Shown here piece after piece: positions 50,446 through 64,000 of a stretch of DNA of 64,000 nt. The DNA is taken from positions 1,178,001 to 1,242,000 of the forward strand of contig MU058444.1 in NCBI GenBank assembly GCA_013265495.1, written 5' to 3'. Positions within the stretch are counted from its first letter, which is position 1. The number at the start of each line of letters is the position of its first letter. The notes under the pieces are model-generated. The model was not told the DNA's origin. It made no database searches and was given only the letters and a program-made list of their open reading frames with translations. Position numbers and translations under genes: made by a program. The DNA is from Vicugna vicugna. Its lineage: Eukaryota.

Positions 50446-52839
50446 TCATTACCTAACCCCACTACCACTGTCTCCTCCTTCAAAAATTTAGATCAGGTTT
50501 CTAAGACTCAGAGCTTGCAGACTGAAACAAGCAAGCAGGACACAAGGTGCAAACAATATCACACACCTGTAAGTGCGAGCTGGAGAGCCTGGGCTGGTTT
50601 CAAGGCTCTTTGTAACTTAGTTCCAGCCTATTTTTGTTAGGCAAGAAAATGAACTCACTTTGATAAACAAGTTAGCACTTCATTAAAATCCACAGCAAAG
50701 CAAAATTTTCATGTAGCTTCTCACAACATAAGAAGGTAAACAATCAATGCCTTTCTACCTACTTCTCTGTTTGTCTAACTTGGAGCATCAAGACTGAAGG
50801 GAAAAACAATACACATATTTGACCGGAGATATTTCCTTACTAACGTTCTCTTCTCAACTGCACATCTCAAGTCAAGCAGCCAAGAGGGGTTCCTCTTCTA
50901 CTGTCTCCTTCTTATTGCCTCTTCCATTTCTGCTCAACAAACATATAAAATCTCCTTAAAGAAACAGAGGTTTCACTGTCACTTCTTAATTCAGCTGTGT
51001 CTTCCCACCTAGACCACACATGAACTCACTCACCTGGAATTTCAGATAGGAACACATTTCTTGTTTCCTGATCTTCCAGTAAGACACTGTAGTTTTAAAT
51101 AAACACTATAACCACATTGGCCAGGCTAATAACATTTCTAAATCACAATGAACTTTATATTAAGATGGTTTTGGACACTCTGGGGACCCTCAACCCGGAA
51201 GAGCTGTGTCTTTATTTTTAAGCAAATGAGGCAACAATAAAGTGGGATAAATTTTAGAAGGTTGCCTTTACCTCTTTGTTGAGGTTATGTCTTAGTGATC
51301 AAAAAAAAAAAAAAACTCCCCTTCTTTTTAATATTTCTTTTTTTTAAAAGTAGATTTGCAATGGATAATTCTGTTGGCCTTCTCACAGCTGAAGTGGGTC
51401 TTAATACTTTTCACTCTAAGGCCTGTTATCTATAAAGTCTTGTGTATTTTCAAAGGGAAATGTTCCAAACTGTCTGTGTAGAAACATAAATAAGATTCTC
51501 TTTCCCTACAGAATAGAAACAGTATTCTTTTAATTTGGACCTTCAATGAAAACAGTGGGTTTTGGTTACTGAAGCAAATGTTTCCTTTAAGAATGTTTAC
51601 TGAACTGAAATCATTTTACTAAGAAATGTGAGCTTTATTTAGTTATCTGTTGTTATTATGAGATCAAAGTAAAAGAATCTAATTCTCAAAGCAACCTCTT
51701 CAAACCTCAACTTTTTTTTAACCTCAGGAAATTGATGTTACAAACTTACTTTCCATATCCTACAAGGAAAGTTTTTCCCCAAGAAATTGCTCAAGGTACC
51801 CGTACACTTCATATAAATAGATTTAAATGTTTTAAACACACCTCAATACAAGCATGTTCTGAGAAATTTGAAAAGATATAACTGATTAATGAGGAAATGA
51901 GCCTGGAGGTGAGTAGGAGGTGAGTAGGAGACATAATTCCTGAATGAAGGGAGAAAGAGAGACTGATAGAACTCAAGGAAGAAACAATTCAAAACCAAGA
52001 AGAAAAACAGCGGCGCATATTACAATCATTCTGAACCAGGGAGGAAACCTAAATTTGTTGGCCTTCTACCTGCAGGAAATAACCAGATTTCATTTTTATG
52101 CAAACAAAAACTTGGATAAAGGGAAAAACCTGCCAATTTCTTGGATGGGGAGACGGTATTCTTAAGTCAATCCTGTCTACATTTTTCTACATTATTAAAT
52201 AAAATGGATATTGGGAGGTGAAGTTTTGGACAAATGTAGCTCGGATTTAATTAGACAATACAAATATATAAAAATAATTTAAAAGGGTTTGATGAAAAGA
52301 CTAATAAGAGGGTCATGCCATGTTCGATTTGAGATCTAATATAAAGCCATGTTAAGTAAAAGTATGGTACTTACACAAAACAAATGACCAAAGGGACAGG
52401 AAGAGATAAGATAAACTGGGCTGGCATCCTTGCTCTACTATGCTTCAACAGGGGGCCTTCAGCAACCAACCTAACCTTGGTAAGTCACAGCTGCCCCCTG
52501 TAAAAAATTAGTTTAAAAATTTACTTCCTAGGATTGTGGTAAGGACAAAACAATTCATGCAAAACACAGAATTTAATAAATATCTGCTAATGTTATCACT
52601 GAATAGAAACTCTAGAGATAGACTTAAAAATATAAAAACATAGTATGTGTCATAGCTGAACATTTTGTCTTTCTGAGGAAATAACAGGTTATATATTGAA
52701 TGGACAGCAGTGTGTTTGTGTAAAATCTAGATTCCTACCTTGCAGCATAAATAAAAATACAGTACAGCTGGATGAAAGATTCGATTATAAGAAATGAAGC
52801 CAAAGAAAAGACAGCAAAATTCCAAAGGCAGAAGCCAAA

Positions 52840-55182
52840 GGGAATACTTTGAGTGGAAGTAATGAGATACTAATTAACATCACAAAAACATAAAAAGGCA
52901 TGATACAATACACTGGTAATGGCAAAAATATGATCAAAGTTGGACTCTGTGTTAGACATGGTAATGCTGATGCGTAATTCACTTACAACTCTAAAGTTAA
53001 AATACAAATGTAGTAAAAATATCCATACCTACAATAATCTGCTATTAGTTACACACAATATAAAAATATATAAACTGTAACATCAATAACATAAAAATGC
53101 GAGGGAAGGAGAAGCAAAAGAGTAAAAGCACAGTAATTCAACTGACAATCAGCTGTTTTCGGTTTAAAATAGAGTGTTAACCTTTTAAGATATTATGTAG
53201 TCTTCATCATATTCACAAGGGAAAATCCTGTAATAGTTACACAAAAAAAGCAAGATAAAGAAGTCTAAGTATTCTAATTCTACATGATATCAAGACACAA
53301 AAAAAGCCAGTGGGATAAAAAAACAAGGAATGATGAATCTACAAAACAACAAAAAATAATTAACAAAAAGGTAATAGTAAATTTTCATCTATCAATAATT
53401 AATCAAAAAAAAAAAAAGATCCAATGACATGCTGTCGTCTACCCACTTTAGCTAAAGATACATGGACTGAGAATGAAGGGACTGAAAAAGATATTTGAAG
53501 CAAATAGTAACCAAACAAAAGCAGTGATAATTATCGTTACACCAGACAAAACAGACTTTACCAAAATGGTAAAAAGAGACAAAGAAGTTCGTATAATGAT
53601 AAATAGGTCAATCCATCAGATGATATAACAATCGTAAGTATTTATGTGTCCAACATCAGAGCACCTAAATATATACAGCAGAACTTAACAGAGGTAAAAA
53701 GAGAAATATACAGCAATACAGTGATAATTGGAGACTTCTATCAAAAGGGAAACAGTGAATTTGACAATACTATAAACCATATGGACCTAAAAATATATAC
53801 AGAACATTCTCTCTGACAACAGCACAATACACATTCTTCTCACGCATACATGGAATATTTTCCAGGATAGAATATGCGTGAGTCCACAGAACAAGTCAGC
53901 AAAGTCAAGAAGATTGAAATCATACTAAGTATCTTCTCTCACTACAATGGTATGAGATTAGAAATCCAACAAGAGAAAAACTGGAGAACTCTTGAATGTT
54001 TGGAAATTAAACAACACTCTCCTGAACATCCAATGGATAAAAAAAAATTAAAGGGGAAATAAAAAAAGTATCTTGAGACAAGCAAAAAAGGAAACACCAC
54101 ATACCAAAACTTATGGGAGGCAGCCAAAGAATTTCTAGGAAAAAAAAATTAGTGATAAACACCTATATTAAGAAGCAAGAAATATTCCAAGTTAAAAAAC
54201 CTAACTCACACACCCAAGAAACTAGAATAAAAATGTCAGCAGAACCCAACGTCAGCAGAAGGCAAAAAGATAATAAAGTTTAGAGAAGAAATAAATGAAA
54301 CAGAAAAATCAGAGAAAAGATTAACCGACTAAGATTTGGTTCTTTGGAAATAGTTTAAAAACTGGCAAACCCTTAACTAGACTAACCAACAAAAAAGAGA
54401 GGAGACTCAAATCAACAAAAGTATAAATGAAAAAGAAGGCATTATACCTGATAACAAGAAATACAAAAGATCATAAAGAGCTACTATGAACAACAGTAGT
54501 ATGCCTACAAACTAGACAACCTAAGAGAAACAGGGAAAAATCTTAGAAAATACAACCTACCAAGACTGAATCAAGAAGATATAAAAAATATGAATAGACC
54601 AACTACTTCTAAGAAGATGGAATCAATAATAAAAGCTCATGGTCAAATGGCTTCACTGGTTAATTTTACCAAACATTCAAAGAAGAATTAACATCAATCC
54701 TTCTCAAACTCTTCCAATAAACTGAAGTATAGGGAACACTCCCAAACTCACCATATGAGTCTAGCATGACCCTGATTCCAAAGCCAGAAAAGGGTATTAC
54801 TAGAAATCTACAGACCAATATCCATGATGAATAAATATGCAAAAATTCTCAATAAAATACCAGCAAATCAAATTCAGCAGCAGCTGAAAAGAATTAAAAC
54901 AATTTTCCAATATCAAGTGAGTATTATCACTGGAATGCAAGGATGGTTCAACACCAGCAAATCAATCAAATGATACATCACATTAATGAAATGAAAGAAA
55001 ATAATGGATATGACCATCTCAATATTTACAGAAAAAGGATGTGACAAAATTCAACATTCATTCATGATAAAAATGAAATACTTAGCAAATTAGATAGAGA
55101 AGGAGCATATCTTAACATAATAAATGCCATATATGACAAGTCCACAGTTAATACTACACACAATGGTGAAAAGCTGAAAGCA
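52840..55182 (+). mobile_element. L1 internal fragment (spacer + ORF2 endonuclease to start of RT) embedded in older L1ME-like sequence (about 52150-55235)
   Basis: Degenerate ORF2: KKIEIILSIFSHYNGMRLEI, TYQNLWEAAK, aacaacctaccaagactgaatcaagaaga, cagaccaatatccatgatgaat, gcaaggatggttcaaca; ends at aatggtgaaaagctgaaagc. Confidence 0.85.
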
Positions 55183-58100
55183 AAAACCATCATTAAAAAG
55201 AAACACAGACAAAACAAAACCTTCTGCAGATCAAGTCAGTGTTTTTTCTACTCTACTTTTCTGCCTAACCAAGTTTTTTAAGTAGGAAGAAAAACCCTGA
55301 AGACCAATTTTTATAACATTTGCCTAGTGACCTGCATGGATTAACTGTGGTGGGAAAGACAGAGCCATTTGGGGTATGTTTTCTTATTTGGTGAGCTTCA
55401 AGCTTATGATCTAAGCATAACCACAGAAAGATTAAATATTTCCAATTTTAGCATCCTACCATCAAATTCATGTGTGGTATTTTTAAATGTTGGTTACTTG
55501 AATGTCACTTTAAAATGTCATCTAGCTCAGAAGCAGTTTTTTTTTTCAACTGTCTCTTCAACACCTACAGATATGTAGAAGAGCTAAAAACTGTATTATC
55601 TCTGAACACAAAAACTCATTACTTGTTGTCAAAAATCAGAGAGAAGTTTATATTAATAAAAAGAGGTTGGAGATAAACAAAAGCAAACCAAATTATTCAA
55701 GGGTTTCCTCGTTTTTCTTCACTGGTAAAAAGTGATCCAGCCACTTGAAAAAAATTAATAGAAAGGAACTTGATTCATCTTTTTCTCACTGACTTTTGTG
55801 GCTTGAAGCCCTTTTTCATGTGCACTTGAAAACTGGAATGTGTCAAACTCTACTGGACTCCTTGCTCTCTTTTAACTATTTATTTTTGTCTTAAAATACT
55901 TTTTAAATTGAGATATAGTTGATTTACAATATTGTGTTAGTTGCCCTCTTTCGTTTTTGTTTTCTTTTGTTTTGTTTTGTTTTGTTTTTTGATGACCACC
56001 CACACCTCATTCCAACTTTCTATAAGAACATTTTCTAACATAATACTGTGCTGGAGAAAGTTACTTGTGTAGTTAAAAAAAAAAAAACCAAATCAAACAA
56101 ACAAACAAAAAAAAACAAGCCCTATCTCATAATCAAAAAGCTTCTGGAAATACTAAGTTAAACTAAAACAGTTTTTCCGCAGCTGGACTGCTCAGAGATT
56201 TTACATCTGAACCTACCATCTAAAACCGTGTCTGACAAAATTGATATTCGCTGAATAAATTAATGATGCATTTTGTAAAAACCCCTGTAGGGACATCCAA
56301 TTTTTAACTTTTTGCTTTCTTTCTTGCTCATCGATATCATAGCTCTTTAATAACAGATGTTGAATTAAGTGAGCAACATCTAATGCATGTATTTACAAAT
56401 TAACACATTTGAAAAGCAATGCTTTGAGTCATAAAGTTTCACAAATACTTTGAATAATAAGCGTTCCTATTTTTGCTATTAGTGTATCAGCAGTAGTAAC
56501 AGTATTAATTGCAATGACTGTAATAATATTAAGTATTCACGAAATTCACTGTTACCAAGACTAATGTTCTAGAAGCACCATAGCTCATGTCAGTTTTGTA
56601 AGATCTAAGGAGGCAGACTTCCCTGTACCCATTCCACAGATACGGAATTGAGAACAGGACTGGAATTCTGGAACATTCTCCTTGAGAACTTCAAACACAA
56701 ATCACACAAGGAAATATCTGCTGTTTGGTAGCATTTAAACATGGTTTAGTAAGAGTCAATATTAAAAAATGAAAGCTTTGCTGTAAAAATTAGGTAAATC
56801 ATTTTATTTTTCCAAAAGAGAATAATAAACATATGGAAAACATTATGAGCAAAGGCACATTAGCTAACCGTCTGTTAAGTTTAAGAGAAAAAAAAAAGGC
56901 ACATGGTATTTCTTTAGGGAAAAGCTAAATATTGCCTATTCTGCTCTGTCTCTTTGCTACCAATTAATGCAGGGCTGTTATTTGCAGTATTGGCTCTCAT
57001 TTGTTTCAACTCTGTTTTTCACCAAGTTATGAAGACTCGGAGTGGAGAAAAACAGAGACCGTGCAATTGTTTGGTCTTAAGTAGATTAAACAATTTGTTC
57101 ACCGGTGGGTCCCTGGGAATACGCAGGAGGGTGAGACTCAATTTTTAAATCAAAAATTAAGACGAGTCTATTGGCCGTGTATGTTTCCTCCATCACTGAA
57201 ATGCTATATGTTGCGTCACCTAATTTTCTTGCTCTTTTGGGTTGGCGTGGTTATAAATATTCCACACTCCAATCTGTAGGCTCAGAGTTGTTTCTCTATA
57301 TTAAGCAATATCTGATAATTATGAATCCTTGACTTCCATACAACCACGTGCAGTCCCATAAGTCATCTGTTTAAGTAATAAAAAAAAATCCAACAGAACC
57401 CAAGAAAGATCCCTCTGTTAGACGATTAGCGTGCGCTTTCCAGACTGAGTGGGGATGTTCCATTTATAACTCTCATTTGTTTCCTAGCATCGTGGCCAAG
57501 TTTCCACTTACTACATGTCCCCTCGCCTTAATATTAACTTCCAGTTGGGAGTGCAGTCAACTGTTTCTCAACCCCTAAATGAGAGCAAATGATATCCACC
57601 CCACATCCACCACCAATTTTACTAGAAGCCACTTCAAAGATTTCATTTGAAAGAATGAAGTCTGTTCACTGCTTCCCAAAGCCAAGGTGAGCCCTGCTCG
57701 TAATGAACTGGGACTTTCTGCGATTTCCCTTCATTTGCAACACCGGCAGTTTTTCCCAGGATAATTTTCTTTCCTCCTCCGCTCAAGGTAAACCCGGGTA
57801 TTCTGTGTTTGCTGCTGTCATGGGAGAGAGGGGACAGGAGATGCGGAAGGGGAGGGGGCGCTGGAGGACTCTGCCCCACTCGGGCTGCTTGCGACCAGCA
57901 CGCGTGTGTTTGCAGGGACATCCCACTGTCTGTCCACGCATCTGCAGTCTGTCTGAGCAGAAAAGCTCCAGAACGTTTAAAGATTGTCTCAGCTCCACAC
58001 AGTTTCCAAAGAGAGAGCAGCGTACATGCCTGTATTTCTCCCTGACAGTGTCACCGGCTTATCAAACTGGACGGAAGTGGCTGACACTGTTTGAACGCGG

Positions 58101-58484
58101 ATGGCAGAAAAGACAAACCCCACAGCTCCAGCGTTTAGCTCCCTCCGTGGTCTCTGCTCTTTGACCATTTCCTCCATCGTGCCTTTAAACTGGCCTCTTG
58201 GACACCAGGTCATGGCGCTTCCGCTCCAAGCCGCTGGCACCCCCTTCTCCTCCTCCTGTTTGCACCGTGACTACAACCCCAGGTCCGGGCAGCGTGACAA
58301 GGCCACGCTGGGGGGACTACTGTTTCCCCAGGCTCTCCGCTGCACGCCCCTACCCTTCAGCACCCCCATACATATTTAGAGCTTGTGCACATAGTAAAGG
58401 AACAGAAGACACAGTGACAGGTGCTTGTGGACACACTTCCTGCGAACTCGTGCAGGGGCCGCCAGAGCAGTGTCCACCCTCCCT

Positions 58485-58700
58485 GACACACACAAGTATA
58501 GACACACACACGCACAGAGACATGCACATGTACACACACGTGCACACACATGTGCACGCACAGAGACATGCAGAGACCCACAGAGACATGCAGACACACA
58601 AACATATGCACACATATACACACAGACACACGCATACACACACAGACATACACAGACCCACAAACACATAGACACATGCACACATACACACATGCACACC
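58485..58700. repeat. Degenerate CA-rich low-complexity repeat
   Basis: cacacaca / cagagacatgca units. These explain the HT/CV-rich spurious ORFs here. Confidence 0.9.
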
Positions 58701-60646
58701 AAACAGTTCAGCTTACATTGGAGATATGTTCCTTCAGAAAAGATTTATATCCTTCCCAACACCTGTAGGCGCCACTGACCCACAACCCTTTGAAAATATT
58801 TTGTCTGCTTGGGTCCTTCCCATTCTGCTGGCAGTGAGACTCTGAACCTGAAACCCATATAACCATCAGCCAAAATTGATGAAGTCTGAAGGGAGCTTTT
58901 CTCTTTCTCCCTCACCCACAGCCGAGGCCGTGAGGATGACCGCGCTGGCCGGCCGCTCCCTCAGTGAGGTGGCGTGTGTGCTGGTTCACCCTTCTGACTG
59001 AGGGTGTGTGACCTGCGGGGTCTCAGCCTTATGCAGGTTCTCACCTGGGCCCCCCATCTTGCTGGGGCCCCAGGTTGTTCCTTGTGGCTGTGACAGGACA
59101 GACAGACACCCCGGGACAGCATCCTCCCCTCCCAAGGCCTTTTGCCCAACTGGTGTTTCATCTTCACACACTGATGTGCGCACACACGCACACACCCTTG
59201 GTTGGGGTTAGTTTCTCCTCATTCTTTATATCTGATCTGAAACCTTTCTTCCTCAGATAGACCTTCCTTAACCATTACCATCATAGTGGGGTAACTGCAA
59301 TATTTGGCACCAGGGCAATTTCAAGAGGCAGAAAAGTTTCCAGAATCAGACGTCTGGGTTGCCAGGTTTTGCACTGTAGCTCTGTATCCCTAAAACACTA
59401 AACTATGACTCATTAGATAATAAATACACTACCTGAATAAAATATTACTCCAAGTGTTACCGTATATAAAGGATATGGCCATAGAGAGAAATGAGAGACA
59501 GACAGACACAAACACAGACACACCGACACACACAGACCTCTGCAGGAACTTGCCGGTGAGGAACACTTAATAAGTTACAGTTGCAGCTGAACACAGAATC
59601 CTGAAGTGATGCCGAGTTCCCTATTGTTTTAGAAACTAGAATCCAGAAGGAACGCTGCAAAAATTCCCACGCCCCAAAGTCCGTGGGATATCGGGGGTTT
59701 TTCCTAATTCAATACGACGTTCCTTGCCTGCTTCCAGAGGATAAATAAGGATTTGTGCACATATGTTACAAAGTCAAAATAAGCCGTTGTAGGGGTGTCT
59801 CTTCACAATGTTTTTTAACTTCTGCCAAGAAGCTGTACACGGTGGGACTGTGACATTCAGCCTCACACACTGGTTTTCAGCCTCACTGAAAAGCTTTCAG
59901 ACGTTCTTATCTTCAGTTGTCAAAATCTTGGGTTCAAAGAACATCAAATGAATCTATTTTTCACCGAGTTTAACAAAGAACATCAATTAAAAAAATAATA
60001 ACCTTAAGATGAAATTTCTATCTATTCTTTGAAGTAAAATACCTTAAAAAGAACTGCGTGATCATGAGCATTTAAGAAGCAATTCTTAATCCCCCCAACT
60101 TTTTAAATCTCTTGATTTTGATCATTTCACAGAATAGACTTGATAAAAACCAGGGGTTCTTCCAAAAAGAATGCTGGCCAACATCAGGAAAAGATCGGAA
60201 ACAAAATATTCTATATTTCAGCACCATCTGGTCTCATCACAGAGCACCAGATTATCGAAAAGAGCTGCAGCTCCATGATTACAGCAGTTCATGCTGCCTT
60301 CTCGGGGCTCTGCCCTCCCCAAAGGCCATCAGAGTTCAGTTATTAAATTTTAGGGCCGAGAGCATGTGGGAGTCAAAACCGGCAGACATAGCTCTAAGAG
60401 GATTAATCCTCCAAAACGAACACATTTGGGGATTTTTCTCAAATCAGATGAACGATCCTAGGAGACATCCTTGCCCTAAAAAGAGGCACAATTTACAAAC
60501 ATTTCCAGAGGGCTTGGCATGTGACAGGCACTGGTTCAACATTATATTCACAGCAATTTATCAAGATCGTCTCAGCAAAGGTCTTCATACTTTTAGGTGA
60601 CAAAGTCCACCCACCTTTACACGTACACATGACCACAACAAAGTAC

Positions 60647-60835
60647 CTGAAGGGCCGTGAGGATGTTCGCTAAGGCTTGTCCGTATGTGTCGTGACAGTG
60701 AACAGCAAGAGCCCTTGGCGGGATTTCCTTCATGACACTTTCCAACAATTTCTTCATGCTTCCTGGAGTCCCCACGCCAATCGTGTCTCCCAGGGAGATC
60801 TCGTAACAGCCCATGCCATACAACCTCTTAGACAC
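60647..60835 (-). CDS. HMGCLL1: HMG-CoA lyase-like 1, third-to-last coding exon (63 aa: [63 protein letters not shown])
   Basis: The translation contains the HMG-CoA lyase motifs EISLGDTIG and the metal-binding HCH(DT). The exon is flanked by acceptor ...ttttcccgacag and donor gtactt. It is 189 nt, phase 0-0. Confidence 0.97.
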
Positions 60836-63174
60836 CTGTCGGGAAAAGTGAGCAGCTAGTGAGACAAAGGACGGGAAAGGACTCCAACCCTGCTGTTCCT
60901 CATCCAGAGATAAGCATCACCACCTCAGCTCAACTGCAGATCCCCGGAAAACACGTACGTTCGTCTCCTAGTCCTGTTCTTTGCTCATTAAATCCCAGGT
61001 ATTACACAAAACCTTGAAGGACATTAATTATCCTTTTCTCATATTCAAGTGTGCCTTGGAGTCGTATCTATCTACATGTTCAATTAGGAAATTATAAGCT
61101 ACAATTTCAGTTCTGGGAGGCTTATTTTCTCAGCCCTTCAATCAAATGGAAGCATCGCAAATTCACTGTGGAACTAGCATTTCTCAAGGCATTAGACTCG
61201 TGGTCAAGAGATAGCAATCACACAGCTCTGTAGCTGGTAGAGACACTTAAGGTTTCTGGCTTAGTTTTTTTCTGGCTCACAAATGGATGCTCTCGTGCTG
61301 AGGAAATTTCAAGTCTCCTTCGAGCCAAATAACTGATGTTCCCTTCAAAGAGCAGCATGAATTTGCATGAAGCCAGCCTAGTGTGTTGGCCAAGATGTGG
61401 GTTCTGGAATCAGACACAGGCCTGGTTTTCAATCTCAGCTGCCACCCAGGCTAGGCATGTGATACCGGGGAGGAGATTAACCCTGTTAAACCTCAGTCCC
61501 TACTACATAAAATAAAGACGTTAACACACCGTCATTGAGCACGTTTTCTAAGCCTAACTACTTAAGTTTTTTTAATTACAGTAATCATGATGACGTTCAC
61601 AAGGGCAGGTTTGGTTGTGAAAATGAAATGAGAATCTATACATAACACTTGGTGCAAAATCTGTCACATGCTCGCGCGCTAACTCCCGTCTGGTGTGTTT
61701 CTTCTGTGCCTGTCTGACGCCCACTGTCATGCGAGGTGCTGGGACTGAAAGGTATACGGAGGTCACGATGGGTCATGCTGTGAAGGAGCCAGGAGTCAAG
61801 TGGGGACAGATCTTACTCCATTCCACTTGGGAATGTGTCAACCTCGCTAAAAGGATAATTTGGGGACAAAGAAATGGGACTCTAAGAACACGGAGCAAAC
61901 TGACCTCAATCTATCGAGCAGGAGGAACCTAAGGGACAGCTGGAGACTAAGCCAGCATTAACTGATTGAAGAGGTTGCAGACCAAAGGCATAGGAAGAAG
62001 GTTCCAGGAGGAGCATCAAATACAGAGGCTAACATGCTCCAGGCAGCTGAAATATGAAATACCAAGGGCATCCAAGTAGGCAGAGGGGCCAAACGCAAAG
62101 GACAGCCGTGACAAGAAAGCAAAACCCAAGGGGCGATGGATCTGCATAAAGTTGGGAGGTAGGTTCGGGGCAGAGCACACACAGCATTGCAGACTAACCA
62201 GGCTTAGGATTTGGGTTGAGGATTCTATCATGAGAGCAACAGAAAGCCTTAACAAAATGTAGGGTAGTAGAGATACAATCAGATTTCTATTTCAGAAAGG
62301 CAATCAAAAACAGGATGGAGGGCACTCAGAAGGGCTACCCACTCCTGGCAGGAGACTACCATTGGATGGAAACTTGGATTTAAAAAGGCATAATGGTGAT
62401 TCTCCCCTACCTACTGCCTTCAGAATACTGGAATTTCTTAACAGTCAGATTGAGGAGGAGGCGACAAGCTAAGAGGTTGGAGGAAATTCCTAAGGGAATG
62501 CAAGGGCTACAGGAATCAGGAAGCAGGGAACAGTCACCATCTCCAACGTCTGCTGAGATGTCCAGATGAGGATTGAATATGATCTCGCATTTCTTGCCCC
62601 AAGTGCCAAGCAGTTATCTTACAAAGAGGGATTTCAGCTGAGAGGATGGTCTAGACGTCATCTTGGAGGGCAGTGGAAAGTTGGTGGCACATGGAGAGAG
62701 GGACCTCCCCCCCACTGCTGCAGACAGACCTCTGAAGGAGGTTCAGACGTGATAGGATGGAGGGAGACGGTCCAAAAACTAGACAGGAATGCTGACTTAA
62801 GGAAGGAAGTTTCCAGATGACAGAGGCTTGGACATGTTCAAGGTTAATGGGAGGAGTCTGCTGTTGCATACATTGGGGGGAGGGGGTAATTAAAGGGAAG
62901 GGTTAGGGGCTTGAATACAGGGAATAGACTTTGCAATAGTCATTTCGGAGAGCGAGACAGGGAGCTGGCCACACAGTGTCGTGGAACAGCACAGAAAGCC
63001 CAGGTGAGGTCGCTGGTCATGAATTCCTGACGCTTCCAATCCACCTGGTGCATGACTTCTTTTGAAGCAACACCCCAGGCACCGTGGAGCAGGAGTAGAG
63101 AGCCCGAGGCTGTGTGCGTGGTGCATCTAGAGGTGGTGCGAGGCACAAGGCTGGAAAGCAAGGGCTCGCGGGTG

Positions 63175-63351
63175 TAGGCAGAGTTGGATTCAGGTTCTGG
63201 GGAGCCTGCAGTTTCACAACTTTGGAAATGCTCTTTAAGAAAAGAACATATAATTGGGAATACAAAATAATAGCAGAGACTTTAAAGGGTCCCACACCAG
63301 CAAAGGACTACAAAGCTTAAGCTTCCTCATTCTATAGTACATCTGCCTCTG
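63175..63351. mobile_element. hAT-Tip100 MITE (MER69A/Arthur1C-like)
   Basis: ggattcaggttctggggagcctgcag...ctctttaagaaaaga...aatacaaaat...aagcttaagcttc...atctgcctctg. Confidence 0.6.
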
Positions 63352-64000
63352 CGTGCAAACGCCTGCTTCGTTGATAGACCACGGGGTAGCTATCATTTGA
63401 AAAATCTGCTGTTCAAATAAATGCACGGAAGACGAATGGCTTTAGCCAACCTGAGAGTTCCTTCTGCCTTCATTTTGAGCTTCTCACAACGCCTTCTTCA
63501 CAGATTCAGAAGCACATTACTAAGCTTATAAAAATTAACCTTAACAACAGGTGCACACTAACATGCTACATGATGTACAAATGAGTTTTTGAGCATCCAA
63601 CCCAATCTCAAAGACCAAGAGTTTTGTACTCATTGGCATCAATTAAGAAACAGGAACAGGGAGTAGAAAATGAACTTCACTAAGCAGGTCCTTCATGACT
63701 ACCATCTATTGCTGTGAAACTGCCATGGAGTAACAGCAACTTAGCAGGCTCTCGGCAGTGAGAGCTACGGGATCTTGAAGGAACACACACAAGTGCCAAC
63801 GTACGCAGGAGACAACAAGGGAGGCCACCTGAGCACCCAAGGAGAAGTTCAAGTGTGTGTACCAGCTGCCCTGGCAGCACTCTGACGGAAGGTGAAAAGG
63901 TCACTCAGTGTGCTCTACCCACATGAAGACAAAAGAGATGCTTTTATTCGCTCCAACTTTGAGCACCCAAAGGATAAGACTCGAATGTTAACTCTGATCA

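Noticed and set aside
51905..51930. Short tandem duplications (ggaggtgagta x2; similar ones at about 38159 and 42125)
   Set aside because: Ordinary slippage duplications with no repeat-spacer architecture. They are not CRISPR-like.
57134..57169. Imperfect hairpin agactcaattttt...aaaaattaagacgagtct
   Set aside because: Too short and AT-rich to support a miRNA or MITE call.
58198..58778. His/Thr- and Cys/Val-rich ORFs
   Set aside because: Artefacts of the CA/TG low-complexity repeat.
60112..60600. 162-aa + strand ORF antisense to the HMGCLL1 intron
   Set aside because: Non-ATG start, no recognisable homology, and composition typical of non-coding DNA.

Overview
Mammalian genomic DNA, most likely camelid (camel, alpaca or llama), judged from tRNA-Ala-derived Vic-1-like SINEs and the absence of recognisable Bov-tA, PRE or Alu SINEs. 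The only protein-coding sequence I can support is the 3' part of HMGCLL1 (HMG-CoA lyase-like 1) on the minus strand. It has three phase-0 coding exons (60647-60835, 15015-15140, 11649-11750), introns of about 45.5 kb and 3.3 kb, and a probable 3'UTR running to about 10.4 kb. The rest is intronic or intergenic and rich in L1, L2, MIR, MaLR/ERV LTRs, hAT MITEs and microsatellites; there is one 16-N assembly gap. The most notable items are: (1) a TSD-flanked 2.5 kb L1 with 5'UTR, ORF1 and 3' end but almost no ORF2, joined at a splice-like junction (HAL1/SpIRE-like); (2) a second, older ORF2-less L1 nested in another L1; (3) a twin-primed, 5'-inverted L1; (4) a 3'-truncated U4 snRNA retrocopy with TSDs near the last exon; (5) co-oriented CTCF-like motifs near the 3' end of the gene. 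Repeat family names and boundaries come from recognition by eye, not from a database search. I found no evidence for a novel protein-coding system.
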